Shown: in pieces, positions 42,514 through 51,185 of the stretch
How the letters are laid out: every line of letters starts with the position of its first letter
Numbering within the stretch: the first letter of the stretch is position 1
NCBI GenBank assembly: GCA_902524895.1
Contig: CABZFH010000003.1
Location: forward strand, 71,433 to 135,432
Direction of reading: 5' to 3'
DNA: 64,000 nucleotides
DNA from: an uncultured Alphaproteobacteria bacterium
GTDB lineage: Bacteria; Pseudomonadota; Alphaproteobacteria; Methylaequorales; Methylaequoraceae
The notes under the pieces: model-generated
Database searches by the model: none
What the model saw: only the letters and a program-made list of their open reading frames with translations
What the model was told of the DNA's origin: nothing
Position numbers and translations under genes: made by a program

Positions 42514-43980
42514 TTAATTTAGCTTGAACGGTAGAAATCTTGGAAAACCATTTTGAAAAACTTGTAACAGAATTAAGTCTGCTTTCTTATCAATAAAATC
42601 TCTAAACACTTTTTCTGCTTGCGAAGCGTTTTCTACATTAATTTGAGAAATCTGTGAAACAACATCTCCGACCCGTAAACCCTCGTTAAATGCTAAAGAG
42701 TTATTTTTAACGCCAGTTATGACAACACCTTTAATATTTTCAGCAATATTGTACTGATTTTGCAATTCCTTTGTTAAATTTTTAAATCTTAATCCAATTT
42801 GTTCGATTTCAATTTCCTTTGAATCATCTTGAGTTTTGTTTTCAGGAGGTTTATTTTCTGCAACATCATTGAACTTTTCAAGTTCTCCAAGTTTAACTTT
42901 AAGTTTTTTTAATTTTTTATTTCTCCAAATTGAAACATTGGCAGAGCTAGAAACTGCAGATTCTGCAACTGTTCTTTGCAAAGATCTAACATCTTTGATC
43001 GCTTTGCCATTAAATTTAATAATTACATCACCAGCTAAAATACCTGCTTTATCTGCAGGTTCTCCAGGATTTACCATAGAAATTAAGACTCCCTCTTCAT
43101 TTTCTAATCCCAAACTTTTTGCAATATCAGGGGTTATTTCTTGTATTCTTACTCCTAACCAACCCCTTTGAGTTTTTCCATATTTTTTTAATTGTGCTAA
43201 AATCGGTTTAGCTAAATTAGCAGGTATTGAAAAACCAATACCAACACTTCCGCCAGTTGGAGAAAATATAGCAGAATTAATACCTACAACCTCACCATTA
43301 AGATTAAATAGAGGGCCTCCGGAGTTTCCTTTGTTTATTGATGCATCTGTTTGTATAAAACTGTCGTATGGTCCTGAATTTATATCTCTATTAAAAGCAG
43401 AAATAATACCAGTCGTAACCGTTCCTCCAAGACCGAAAGGGTTTCCAATAGCGATTACAGAATGGCCAACACGGGCTTTGTCAGAGTCTGCAAATTTGAC
43501 GAATTCAAGAGGTTTTTTGGATTCAACCTTTAACAAAGCAAGATCAGTTAATTTATCACTACCAACTAATTTAGCTTTTAATTCAGTTTCATTTTGAAAT
43601 TTAACTTTGATCTCATTAGCTTCTGCAATTACGTGCTGATTTGTTACAATATAACCACTTGCATCGATAACAAACCCAGACCCAAGTGCTTGTGGAGCTT
43701 CTCTATTTCTTGGTTGATTTGGGGAAGGCCCAAATGGGAAACCAGGAGGCATATTTTTGAAAAAATCTCTAAATTGAGGTGGAAGATTATCAAATGGCAT
43801 CTGTTGATTGTTATCATTGGCATTTTTTTCATTTTTCTGAACCGTGAAAACATTAACCACTGCCGGTGATAACTTTCCGACAAGGTTGGCCATATCGTCT
43901 GACAATGGATGCGATGAGGTTATTTTAGTGCTAAAAAGAGAAACTAAAAATATTAAAAATTTTATACTATTTCTGAACAT
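42514..43980 (-). CDS. degP: Do/DegP/HtrA-family periplasmic serine protease (two PDZ domains)
   Basis: Signal peptide, TNQHV (His), DLALLK (Asp), GNSGGPL (Ser), and two PDZ-like segments. Confidence 0.9.
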   Translation of the reverse strand: MFRNSIKFLIFLVSLFSTKITSSHPLSDDMANLVGKLSPAVVNVFTVQKNEKNANDNNQQMPFDNLPPQFRDFFKNMPPGFPFGPSPNQPRNREAPQALGSGFVIDASGYIVTNQHVIAEANEIKVKFQNETELKAKLVGSDKLTDLALLKVESKKPLEFVKFADSDKARVGHSVIAIGNPFGLGGTVTTGIISAFNRDINSGPYDSFIQTDASINKGNSGGPLFNLNGEVVGINSAIFSPTGGSVGIGFSIPANLAKPILAQLKKYGKTQRGWLGVRIQEITPDIAKSLGLENEEGVLISMVNPGEPADKAGILAGDVIIKFNGKAIKDVRSLQRTVAESAVSSSANVSIWRNKKLKKLKVKLGELEKFNDVAENKPPENKTQDDSKEIEIEQIGLRFKNLTKELQNQYNIAENIKGVVITGVKNNSLAFNEGLRVGDVVSQISQINVENASQAEKVFRDFIDKKADLILLQVFQNGFPRFLPFKLN

Positions 43981-44005
43981 TATATTTTAATACAATTAAC
44001 ATATT

Positions 44006-44863
44006 TTAATTAGAATCATTCAAAAATTGAAGGAATTCACTGTCCGGAGATAATATCATAGTTGTACCCTCTTCACCAAGGACTTTGCTGTAAGCTTGCA
44101 TCGATCGATAAAAAGAATAAAACTCGGGATCTCTCTTGAAAGCGTCAGCATATGTATCTATAGAAATTGATTCACCTTCACCTTTAAGAATTTCACTTTG
44201 TCTTGTTGCTTCCGCTAATATGACTGTTTTTTCTTTATCTGCTTCAGCTCTAATTCTTTGTGCTTCTTCAGCGCCTTTAGCCCTAAATTCTTTTGCTTCT
44301 CTTACTCTTTCACTAATCATTCTTTCAAAAATAGCTTGGCTATTAGCTTCTGGAAGATCTGCCCTTCTAATTCTTACATCAACAACTTCGATTCCAAACC
44401 TTGTTGCCTCGCCATTTACTTCAATTTTTATGCTATCCATAATATTACTTCTTTCAGAAGATAAAAGTTCATCTAACGTAACCCTTCCAACTACTCTTCT
44501 AAGTGATGAAATTACATTTGAATTTAGTCTATTTCTCACATTAACTTCGTTTCCTACAGTTTTATAAAATTCTAAAGGATCAATTATTTTAAATCTAGCA
44601 AACGAATCGATTAACATTCTTTTTTTATCGACTGCAATGACCTCTTCAACAGGTAAGTTATATTCGAGAATTCTTTTATCATACCTAACAACATTTTGAA
44701 TTAATGGAATTTTAAAATGCAATCCTGAGGTCTGAATAACTCTCTTTGGTTCACCAAATTGTAAAACGAGCCCTTGCTGTCTTTCATCCATAACAAAGAA
44801 ACAGCTAAAACCAACAAACAACAATAATGTAGATAAAACAAGTAATAGGGTAGATTTTTTCAT
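44006..44863 (-). CDS. hflC: protease modulator HflC (SPFH domain)
   Basis: N-terminal TM and SPFH/band-7 domain. Adjacent to hflK. Confidence 0.88.
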   Translation of the reverse strand: MKKSTLLLVLSTLLLFVGFSCFFVMDERQQGLVLQFGEPKRVIQTSGLHFKIPLIQNVVRYDKRILEYNLPVEEVIAVDKKRMLIDSFARFKIIDPLEFYKTVGNEVNVRNRLNSNVISSLRRVVGRVTLDELLSSERSNIMDSIKIEVNGEATRFGIEVVDVRIRRADLPEANSQAIFERMISERVREAKEFRAKGAEEAQRIRAEADKEKTVILAEATRQSEILKGEGESISIDTYADAFKRDPEFYSFYRSMQAYSKVLGEEGTTMILSPDSEFLQFLNDSN

Positions 44864-45991
44864 TTAGTTAACTCCGTCATTCTTTTCATTATTAACACTT
44901 CTTTTTTTTATCTCTGGTAAAGGAAGATAAGGGACTATACCACCTTGAGCATCATTATCAATTATGACTTTGTTAATGTTGCCAAGAGTCTGTTCAAGTG
45001 TTTCAAGGTATATTCTCTGTCTTGTTACATCTTTTGAGGATTTGTAAGAGTTGTAGACAGATATAAACCTTTCAGCTTCACCTTTAGATTTTGCAACCAC
45101 TTCTTGCTTATAACCTTCTGCTTTTTGAAGCATTTGCTCAGCTTCACCCCTTGCTCTAGGAATTATGTCATTTCTGTACGATTCTGCTTCATTTTTTAAT
45201 CTCTGTTCATCAGTTTTAGCTCTTTGAACGTCTCTGTAGGATTCAATAACCAATTCGGGTGGATCAGCTTTTTGAAGTTGAACTTGTGTAACTAAAACTC
45301 CTGAATTGTAATAATCTAAAACTTCTTGTAATTTATTTTTAGCATCTTCCTCTACAACAGATTTACCTTCAGATAAAATTGGGTCAATTGGTGTTTGTCC
45401 TATTTTTTCTCTCATAACACTTTCACCTACACTTTTTATAGTCATTTCAGGGTTTCTAATGTTGAATAAAAAATCTTTAGCATCTTTGATAATCCAAAAA
45501 ACAGTAAAATTTAAATCAACAATGTTTTCATCACCAGTTAACATTAATGCTTCTTCTGGTACTTGTCTGGCTTGGGAACTTTGACTAAATTGTGATTGTG
45601 AAGTTCTAAAACCGACTTCGATTCTATTTACCTTGGTCACTTTAGGTTTTAGTACCTTTTCAATTGGAAATGGAAGGTGGTAATGAAGGCCAGGTTCAGA
45701 CGTTCTAACATACTCTCCAAATCTTGTTACAACTCCTTGCTCATCAGTACCAACTCTGTAAAATCCACTACCTAAATAAATGGTAATAATTACTATAAAA
45801 AATATTGAAAAGTTTAGAGGACTTTTACTATTTGGAAAAAAGGATTTAAACTTATCCTGAAATTGTTTTATATAATCATCATACTCGTTGCCTGTATTAT
45901 AAGAATTTTTCTTATTATTTTCAGATTTTCTTTTTTTTTCATCTCCACCCCAGGGGCTTTGATCATTGTCATCATTTGAAGACCATGACAT
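44864..45991 (-). CDS. hflK: protease modulator HflK (SPFH domain)
   Basis: Charged N-terminus, TM, SPFH domain, coiled-coil (EAESYRNDIIPRARGEAE). Confidence 0.88.
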   Translation of the reverse strand: MSWSSNDDNDQSPWGGDEKKRKSENNKKNSYNTGNEYDDYIKQFQDKFKSFFPNSKSPLNFSIFFIVIITIYLGSGFYRVGTDEQGVVTRFGEYVRTSEPGLHYHLPFPIEKVLKPKVTKVNRIEVGFRTSQSQFSQSSQARQVPEEALMLTGDENIVDLNFTVFWIIKDAKDFLFNIRNPEMTIKSVGESVMREKIGQTPIDPILSEGKSVVEEDAKNKLQEVLDYYNSGVLVTQVQLQKADPPELVIESYRDVQRAKTDEQRLKNEAESYRNDIIPRARGEAEQMLQKAEGYKQEVVAKSKGEAERFISVYNSYKSSKDVTRQRIYLETLEQTLGNINKVIIDNDAQGGIVPYLPLPEIKKRSVNNEKNDGVN

Positions 45992-46091
45992 AATTTTTTT
46001 CCTTTATAATTTAAATATATTGAATTATATATAAGACTTGTTTTAATCATGCAAAGGAATATTTTCAATAAACATTTTTATTAGTGCCTAC

Positions 46092-46877
46092 ATGCAAAAA
46101 ATAAAACATATAATTCTTATCGGATCAGGAAAAGGTGGTGTTGGCAAATCAACTGTGGCTGTTAATTTATCTATATCATTAGCAAAACAAAGTAACAAAG
46201 TAGGTTTATTAGATGCGGATATTTATGGTCCATCAATACCAAAAATGATGGGAATAAAAGAAAAGCCTAGGCTAAACAATGAAAAAAAACTTGAACCTTT
46301 TTTTAAATATGGCATTAAATTTATGTCAATTGGATCTTTGATTCCCTCAGAAAAACCAATCATATGGAGAGCTCCAATGGTTGTTAATGCCTTAAATCAA
46401 CTCTTAAGGGATATAAGTTGGGAAGACTTAGATTTTTTAATTATTGATTTACCACCTGGTACAGGAGATATTCAACTTACCTTGAGTCAAAACCTTCAAA
46501 TTTCTGGAGCTATAATCGTCTCTACTCCACAAGAAGTTGCACTTGAAGATGTAAGAAGAGCAATTAATATGTTTAAACAAGTAAAAATTGAAATCATAGG
46601 AATGGTTCAAAATATGAGCTATTTTGAAGATTCAAAAAAAAATAAAATTTATCTTTTGGGAGAAAATAATGTTGTTGAAGAAGCAAGAAAACAAAACTTA
46701 AACTTCTTAGGTGAAATTCCAATTGTACAGGATATTAGCTTTTCTTCTGATCAAGGAAAACCCATTTCTACAAATGAAAAGTCAGAGGTTGCATTAAAAT
46801 TTCAAGAAATTGTTTATAGCATGAAAAAAGTCCTAGCTAAGCAAACCAATCAAGAAACGAATATCGAAATTAATTGA
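46092..46877 (+). CDS. apbC: Mrp/ApbC/NBP35-family Fe-S cluster carrier ATPase
   Basis: GSGKGGVGKSTVAVNL, DADIYGPS, DLPPGTGD. Confidence 0.85.
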   Translation: MQKIKHIILIGSGKGGVGKSTVAVNLSISLAKQSNKVGLLDADIYGPSIPKMMGIKEKPRLNNEKKLEPFFKYGIKFMSIGSLIPSEKPIIWRAPMVVNALNQLLRDISWEDLDFLIIDLPPGTGDIQLTLSQNLQISGAIIVSTPQEVALEDVRRAINMFKQVKIEIIGMVQNMSYFEDSKKNKIYLLGENNVVEEARKQNLNFLGEIPIVQDISFSSDQGKPISTNEKSEVALKFQEIVYSMKKVLAKQTNQETNIEIN

Positions 46878-46879
46878 GA

Positions 46880-47815
46880 TCAAAGATCAAACTTACTATT
46901 TATTTCATTTAATTCTCTCTTTGAAATTCTTTTTGTATCAAATTTTTTATTCTTTAAAATTGATTTTAAATATTCCAAACCTACCGAAGATAAAGAAAAT
47001 CCATCAAGTCTAAACTTTAAAAAAGCTTCATAAGTAAAAGGTACCCATTTTTTCATAATTTCCAAAATTACATCAGCGTAAACCCTAATTTCATATTGTG
47101 CATGCTGATCAAATCTTAGTGATAGAAAATGCATTAGATTATGTAAATCAATTTTCCAATACCATTGTGTGTAAGCATTTAAAGGTAGTGTCATTCTAGC
47201 TAATTCTCTTGCTAATCCAATATTATTTAAATCCAAAGTCTCTCCGACCAAATTTTCATTTAACAAATAACTATATTTTTCAAATGAAGATTCCGAATGT
47301 TTTTTTATTATATGTCTTTTCTCTAAAGCATTTTCCTTATCAATTTTTTCTCCTCTTCCTTGATTATTTACTGAAGACTGAGTCTGCATGTGTTTTAATT
47401 CTGGAATGTAAAATTCTTTTTCTAAAATGGAATATCTAGCAGAATACTCATTTACGTTAGCTGTTCGATGCCTAATCCACTGTCTCGCAACAAAAATTGG
47501 AAGTTTTACGTGTAATTTTATTTCATTCATTTCAAATGGTGTTGAATGACGATGACTAAGAAGATAATTTATTAAACTTTTATCCTCATTTATTTTTTTT
47601 GTTCCTTTTCCATATGAAACTCTTGCAGCTTGAACAATTGAGGAATCATCACCCATGTAATCTATTAATCTTACAAAACCGTGATCTAAAACTTTAAATT
47701 TCTTGTAGATAATATTTTCAAGTTTTTTAACTGTAGCTCTACTTGTCGTATTCCTTATTTTTCTCAGACTTTTTAGGTCTTTTTCTGAATCTTCTTTTGA
47801 TTTATTTGTGGTCAT
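46880..47815 (-). CDS. thyX: FAD-dependent thymidylate synthase
   Basis: ThyX motif [14 protein letters not shown] (RHR..SxR). Confidence 0.9.
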   Translation of the reverse strand: MTTNKSKEDSEKDLKSLRKIRNTTSRATVKKLENIIYKKFKVLDHGFVRLIDYMGDDSSIVQAARVSYGKGTKKINEDKSLINYLLSHRHSTPFEMNEIKLHVKLPIFVARQWIRHRTANVNEYSARYSILEKEFYIPELKHMQTQSSVNNQGRGEKIDKENALEKRHIIKKHSESSFEKYSYLLNENLVGETLDLNNIGLARELARMTLPLNAYTQWYWKIDLHNLMHFLSLRFDQHAQYEIRVYADVILEIMKKWVPFTYEAFLKFRLDGFSLSSVGLEYLKSILKNKKFDTKRISKRELNEINSKFDL

Positions 47816-48088
47816 TATTTTTATTAGTCAGATTATATAAAACATATTTTTACATAAAATAAACAATATTAAACAATATTCTTTAATTTTTTTATTTTTC
47901 TAATATTATCTAACTGCCAGTAATGGCTATGGCAATAAATGTTTGATTTGTGATCTGAGACGGACCCGGGGGCGGTACCCGGCGCCTCCACCAAAATTTT
48001 GTGGGGGCGAAATAGGATCGACGTGCATGGGAATCTTCAAAACTTTGCTCGGTGTAGTTCCACCGTTATCGGACTAAAATAAATATGT

Positions 48089-48121
48089 GCTAACGATAAT
48101 GAAATGGCACTCGCTGCTTAA
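48089..48121 (+). other. tmRNA tag reading frame: ANDNEMALAA-stop
   Basis: gct aac gat aat gaa atg gca ctc gct gct taa. The ANDN start and hydrophobic LAA end are typical of proteolysis tags. Confidence 0.8.
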
Positions 48122-48150
48122 TTAAGTAAGCGCTGCAATGAGCGCGGGGC

Positions 48151-48312
48151 AACAGAAGTCTCATCGGCAAGGGCGGGCAATTGTTCGCCCTTGTTTGTTT
48201 TAGGGAGACTCACAAAGGGTTTCAGAGGATTCACTCTTCAACAAACAAGGGAAACAATAGTGCAATAAGTTGCACACACTCTGCACACACTCTGCACACA
48301 CTTTTGTTTGTT
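48151..48312 (+). repeat. ssrA-3'-end repeat copy 1 (functional gene end plus right arm)
   Basis: aacagaagtctcatcggcaagggcgggcaattgttcgcccttgtttgttttagggagactcacaaagggtttcagagg.. followed by 3x tgcacacac at 11-nt spacing (48271, 48282, 48293). Ends in cttttgtttgtt. Confidence 0.9.
48168..48201 (+). terminator. hairpin plus T-rich tail at the end of the ssrA coding piece
   Basis: caagggcg (48168-75) pairs with cgcccttg (48186-93) across a 10-nt loop, followed by tttgtttt. Confidence 0.6.
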
Positions 48313-48323
48313 CAATATATGTT

Positions 48324-48722
48324 CTAGATACTGACTTTGTTTGAATAAATCTTATTCCAAGTTTCAATGGTATCCTTTGGTAAAAAATTAGGTAAAAACT
48401 TTATGCCTAGTTCCTTTAGTCTTAGACAAGTTCCTACCAAATCAAGTTCAACTTTTTTATTACACTTTCGTTTATGAGCAGAATATATATTTTGGTCTTT
48501 ATCAAGAAAATCTGGTGTTAGTGCAAAATTTACAATTCCAATTTTAAAACCAATTATATGAGACGATTCAAGAGGATTATCTTTTGTAGGTGGTTGAAAA
48601 CATACTTCACAAATTTGCTTTTTCTTTTTTTTTATATATCTGACTGGCATTCTCTTTATGAATGTTTGCCATTCACTTTTAGTCAAAAAAACTCTGTTAT
48701 TAAATCCAATGTTTGTTTTCAT
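48324..48722 (-). CDS. hypothetical protein with weak HNH-nuclease-like motif
   Basis: 132 aa; ICEVC(x14)SSHIIGF ... NIYSAHKRKCN gives a CxxC..H..N..H-like spacing. First ORF after repeat copy 1. The family call is tentative. Confidence 0.4.
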   Translation of the reverse strand: MKTNIGFNNRVFLTKSEWQTFIKRMPVRYIKKKKKQICEVCFQPPTKDNPLESSHIIGFKIGIVNFALTPDFLDKDQNIYSAHKRKCNKKVELDLVGTCLRLKELGIKFLPNFLPKDTIETWNKIYSNKVSI

Positions 48723-48952
48723 ATTAAAAAAAAGACCAGTCTAATCAGTTCCAAAAATTATATTCGAAAAGTCCAGTGTTTTCTTTGTTTTTTTTTTTAT
48801 ATTTTTAATAGTCCAAAACTAGAGTAATAGACTGACTAAAATAATGATTTTTTGATTTTCTTACAGACACCATACGAAACATGACCGTTTGAATTGTATT
48901 CTTCTTTACAAAAATACTTGTGACATTGATTCTGTGTTTATTTAAAAAGTTC

Positions 48953-48981
48953 CAGTAGAAAGTTTTTTAAAATTTCTACTG
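48953..48981 (-). terminator. 9-bp perfect inverted repeat overlapping the stop of 48976..49509
   Basis: cagtagaaa (48953-61) pairs with tttctactg (48973-81). There is no clean T-tail, so function is uncertain. Confidence 0.3.
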
Positions 48982-49509
48982 ATTATAAAGAAGCAAAAAA
49001 AACAATATTAAATATCCAACCAAGACATATCTCTTCATGAGAAAAGTATCCTTTTCCTTACTATTTGATATTTTGAAGGGATCAACGACCCAAGATTTCT
49101 GAAATAAAAATTTCAATGTTGGACCTAAATAAAAAAAAAAAATTGGAAATATTAGAAGTAATAATTCTAAAAAACCATATGCTAAAAACCCTCCTTCAAT
49201 AAGCAAAACCAGTAGTGATGTCAAAGAGAAATAAACAAAAACAAAATGTAAAAAATCAATCAAGAAATAAGAGTAATTTCTGTGTTTGATGTTGACGAAT
49301 TTTTTAATATTACTCCATGGAAAAACTGCCATTTTACCCCATAAACAATATTTAATAAATGAGAATAAAAATATTAAAGGAATTAGAATAATCGCTAATT
49401 CTTTATCAACACCATCATGTTGAGTTGATACTTTTAAAAGATAAATAGGGAAGATAAAAAAGTAAATATAATGAAATACTATTAAAAGTCTGTTTATGAA
49501 ATTTGCCAT
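48976..49509 (-). CDS. polytopic membrane protein, hypothetical
   Basis: 177 aa with about 5 hydrophobic segments. Confidence 0.5.
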   Translation of the reverse strand: MANFINRLLIVFHYIYFFIFPIYLLKVSTQHDGVDKELAIILIPLIFLFSFIKYCLWGKMAVFPWSNIKKFVNIKHRNYSYFLIDFLHFVFVYFSLTSLLVLLIEGGFLAYGFLELLLLIFPIFFFYLGPTLKFLFQKSWVVDPFKISNSKEKDTFLMKRYVLVGYLILFFLLLYNQ

Positions 49510-49606
49510 AATTAAACTCTTTTAACCTTAAAATGACTTCATAGTACTCTCATGTTATTATTTTTTAAATATAAAAACTATTTTTAAGAATTATAAATTT
49601 GATAAA

Positions 49607-50125
49607 ATGAAATTATTTGAAACAGGAAATCCATTAGTTTTAGTATTGGATTTATTACACAAATATAAAAAATTTATTTGGATAAGAAAGTATTTGTACT
49701 TTCTAGAAAGATGTTTTAATGAAAGAATTTCAATAAAAAATTACACCATTATGTCTGATGGACAAAAACTCCTATGCATTACACCTTTTCTTCATGGAAA
49801 AAAACACGGTTTGCAGAAAGTATATTATGTGTTTAAAGACCATGAGAGACTTCCTGATGGCGTATATCTTTGGAAACATACTAATTTCTTTCAAGGTAAA
49901 AAACATGGTCAGGAAATTGTTTTTGGAGACAACGAAGAAATAAATTGTCTATATAATTATGATTACGGAACACAATATGGACTTCAAGAACTCTATCATC
50001 CAGATACTGGCAATCTTTTTGTGAGTTATTTTTCAAATTACTACGGTGGAGAAAAATGGAGTAATTGGTATGACGAAAATGGGAAGTTTATAAGAAGTAC
50101 TGGTCTTTCTAATTTTTGGGAATAA
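49607..50125 (+). CDS. MORN-repeat (YwqK-like) protein
   Basis: Repeated G-KKHG-x-(E/K)-x-(V/I)-(Y/F) units: HGKKHGLQKVYY, QGKKHGQEIVF, GTQYGLQELYH. Confidence 0.55.
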   Translation: MKLFETGNPLVLVLDLLHKYKKFIWIRKYLYFLERCFNERISIKNYTIMSDGQKLLCITPFLHGKKHGLQKVYYVFKDHERLPDGVYLWKHTNFFQGKKHGQEIVFGDNEEINCLYNYDYGTQYGLQELYHPDTGNLFVSYFSNYYGGEKWSNWYDENGKFIRSTGLSNFWE

Positions 50126-50168
50126 CAATGAAATTTTTTCATTGATTTAACTTATAGATTCGTCTCAA

Positions 50169-51185
50169 TCACCATTTTTTGTCACATCCGATCATCCATT
50201 TTTCAGAAGGATATGTTATTTTCATATCATTTGTATTTCCGTAATCTTCTATAAATATGTTACATTCTTTTTCATTACTGAACTCATTATTTATATATTT
50301 TTTATATTTACTTTGTCCCTCTTCACAAGGATCATTAATTTTTAATGGGTTATCCTTGTCTAAAAGGTTTGGGTTATTTAAAACACCATCAACATAATTA
50401 CAAAAGAAGGGTTTATATTCTTTTGATGAACCGGAGAAAAATTTATAACCAACAAAAATTATAAAACATAAACCAAAACCTAACCTCCTCCAACCACTAT
50501 CGTTGTCTTGAGAAACGGTTAGAGTCTCTTTAGATTCCATAAATCCTTTTTTTCTTATAAATTTTTCTTTGGAAATCAACTCCCTTGAAGGTTTGGGGTC
50601 CCTCCACTTCCAAGATCGATTAAAACTTTTTTCTTTATAAACAATTTGATCATTAATAAAGAATGAAAATTTTACATTATACTTATTTACTCGATAAACT
50701 TTTAATTTTTCTTTTCTATTTAAATTACATGAGAGTATAGGGTTTTTACTCCAATCTTCGTACTTATCTTCCTCAAGATACCTCTTTGAAGAATCAATTT
50801 TCTTCTTAGATTCCATAAATCCCTTTTTTTTTGGTTGGGAGTAATAACCAAAAAAAATAACCTCATCTTTTAATTTATTATCAACATAGAGTTGAAAAAT
50901 AGTTTCATGATATTCTGAGAAAATTAGTTTAAATTGATCAATTCTTTTTTTGGGTATACTAGGACAGGATAACATTATCTGATAAGTTTCAGAACCTTCT
51001 GAAGACTTGTAATGAAATTTCAAATCTTGAATAGATTTTTTCATACAAAGATCATCAATGATCCAAATATAAGAATGTCTATTAAAATCACCGTTGTAAA
51101 ATCTCTCATATTTATCCTATAACTTTACCAATTTCACTTCAAAAAACACAAACAAACAAATTAGTGTAAGTAATAGTTTTTTCAT
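50169..51185 (-). pseudogene. secreted protein gene interrupted by an in-frame TAG (51117-51119)
   Basis: Track ORF 50169..51044 continues upstream in the same frame through a single TAG to an ATG at 51185. That upstream part encodes a signal-peptide-like MKKLLLTLICLFVFFEV. There is also an internal approx. 17-nt DNA repeat (50530 and 50806, 276 nt apart) that encodes KKGFMESK twice. Confidence 0.5.

Larger units (their letters stand above)
47951..48201 (+). ncRNA. ssrA: two-piece (circularly permuted) tmRNA gene: acceptor piece, 9-nt spacer, coding piece. Ends are approximate.
   Basis: The T-arm (ccggg ggcggta cccgg) and 3' acceptor strand cgcctcc-a-CCA end at 47993. They lie upstream of the 5' acceptor strand GGGGGCG (48003), which starts the typical GGGGGCGAAATAGGATCGACG. 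Pairing of the two strands gives G3:U70. The tag ORF runs 48089-48121. tgagac (47955-60) can pair with gtctca (48158-63). A terminal hairpin plus T-tail ends at 48201. Confidence 0.85.

Noticed and set aside
48809-48835. A 26-27-nt motif shared by cassettes A and D: tagtccaaaactagagtaatagactga versus tagtctaaactaaagttatagactga at 55852-55877
   Set aside because: Only about 22 of 27 positions match, with a gap, in very AT-rich DNA. I cannot exclude chance without a genome-wide count, so it is not reported as a feature.
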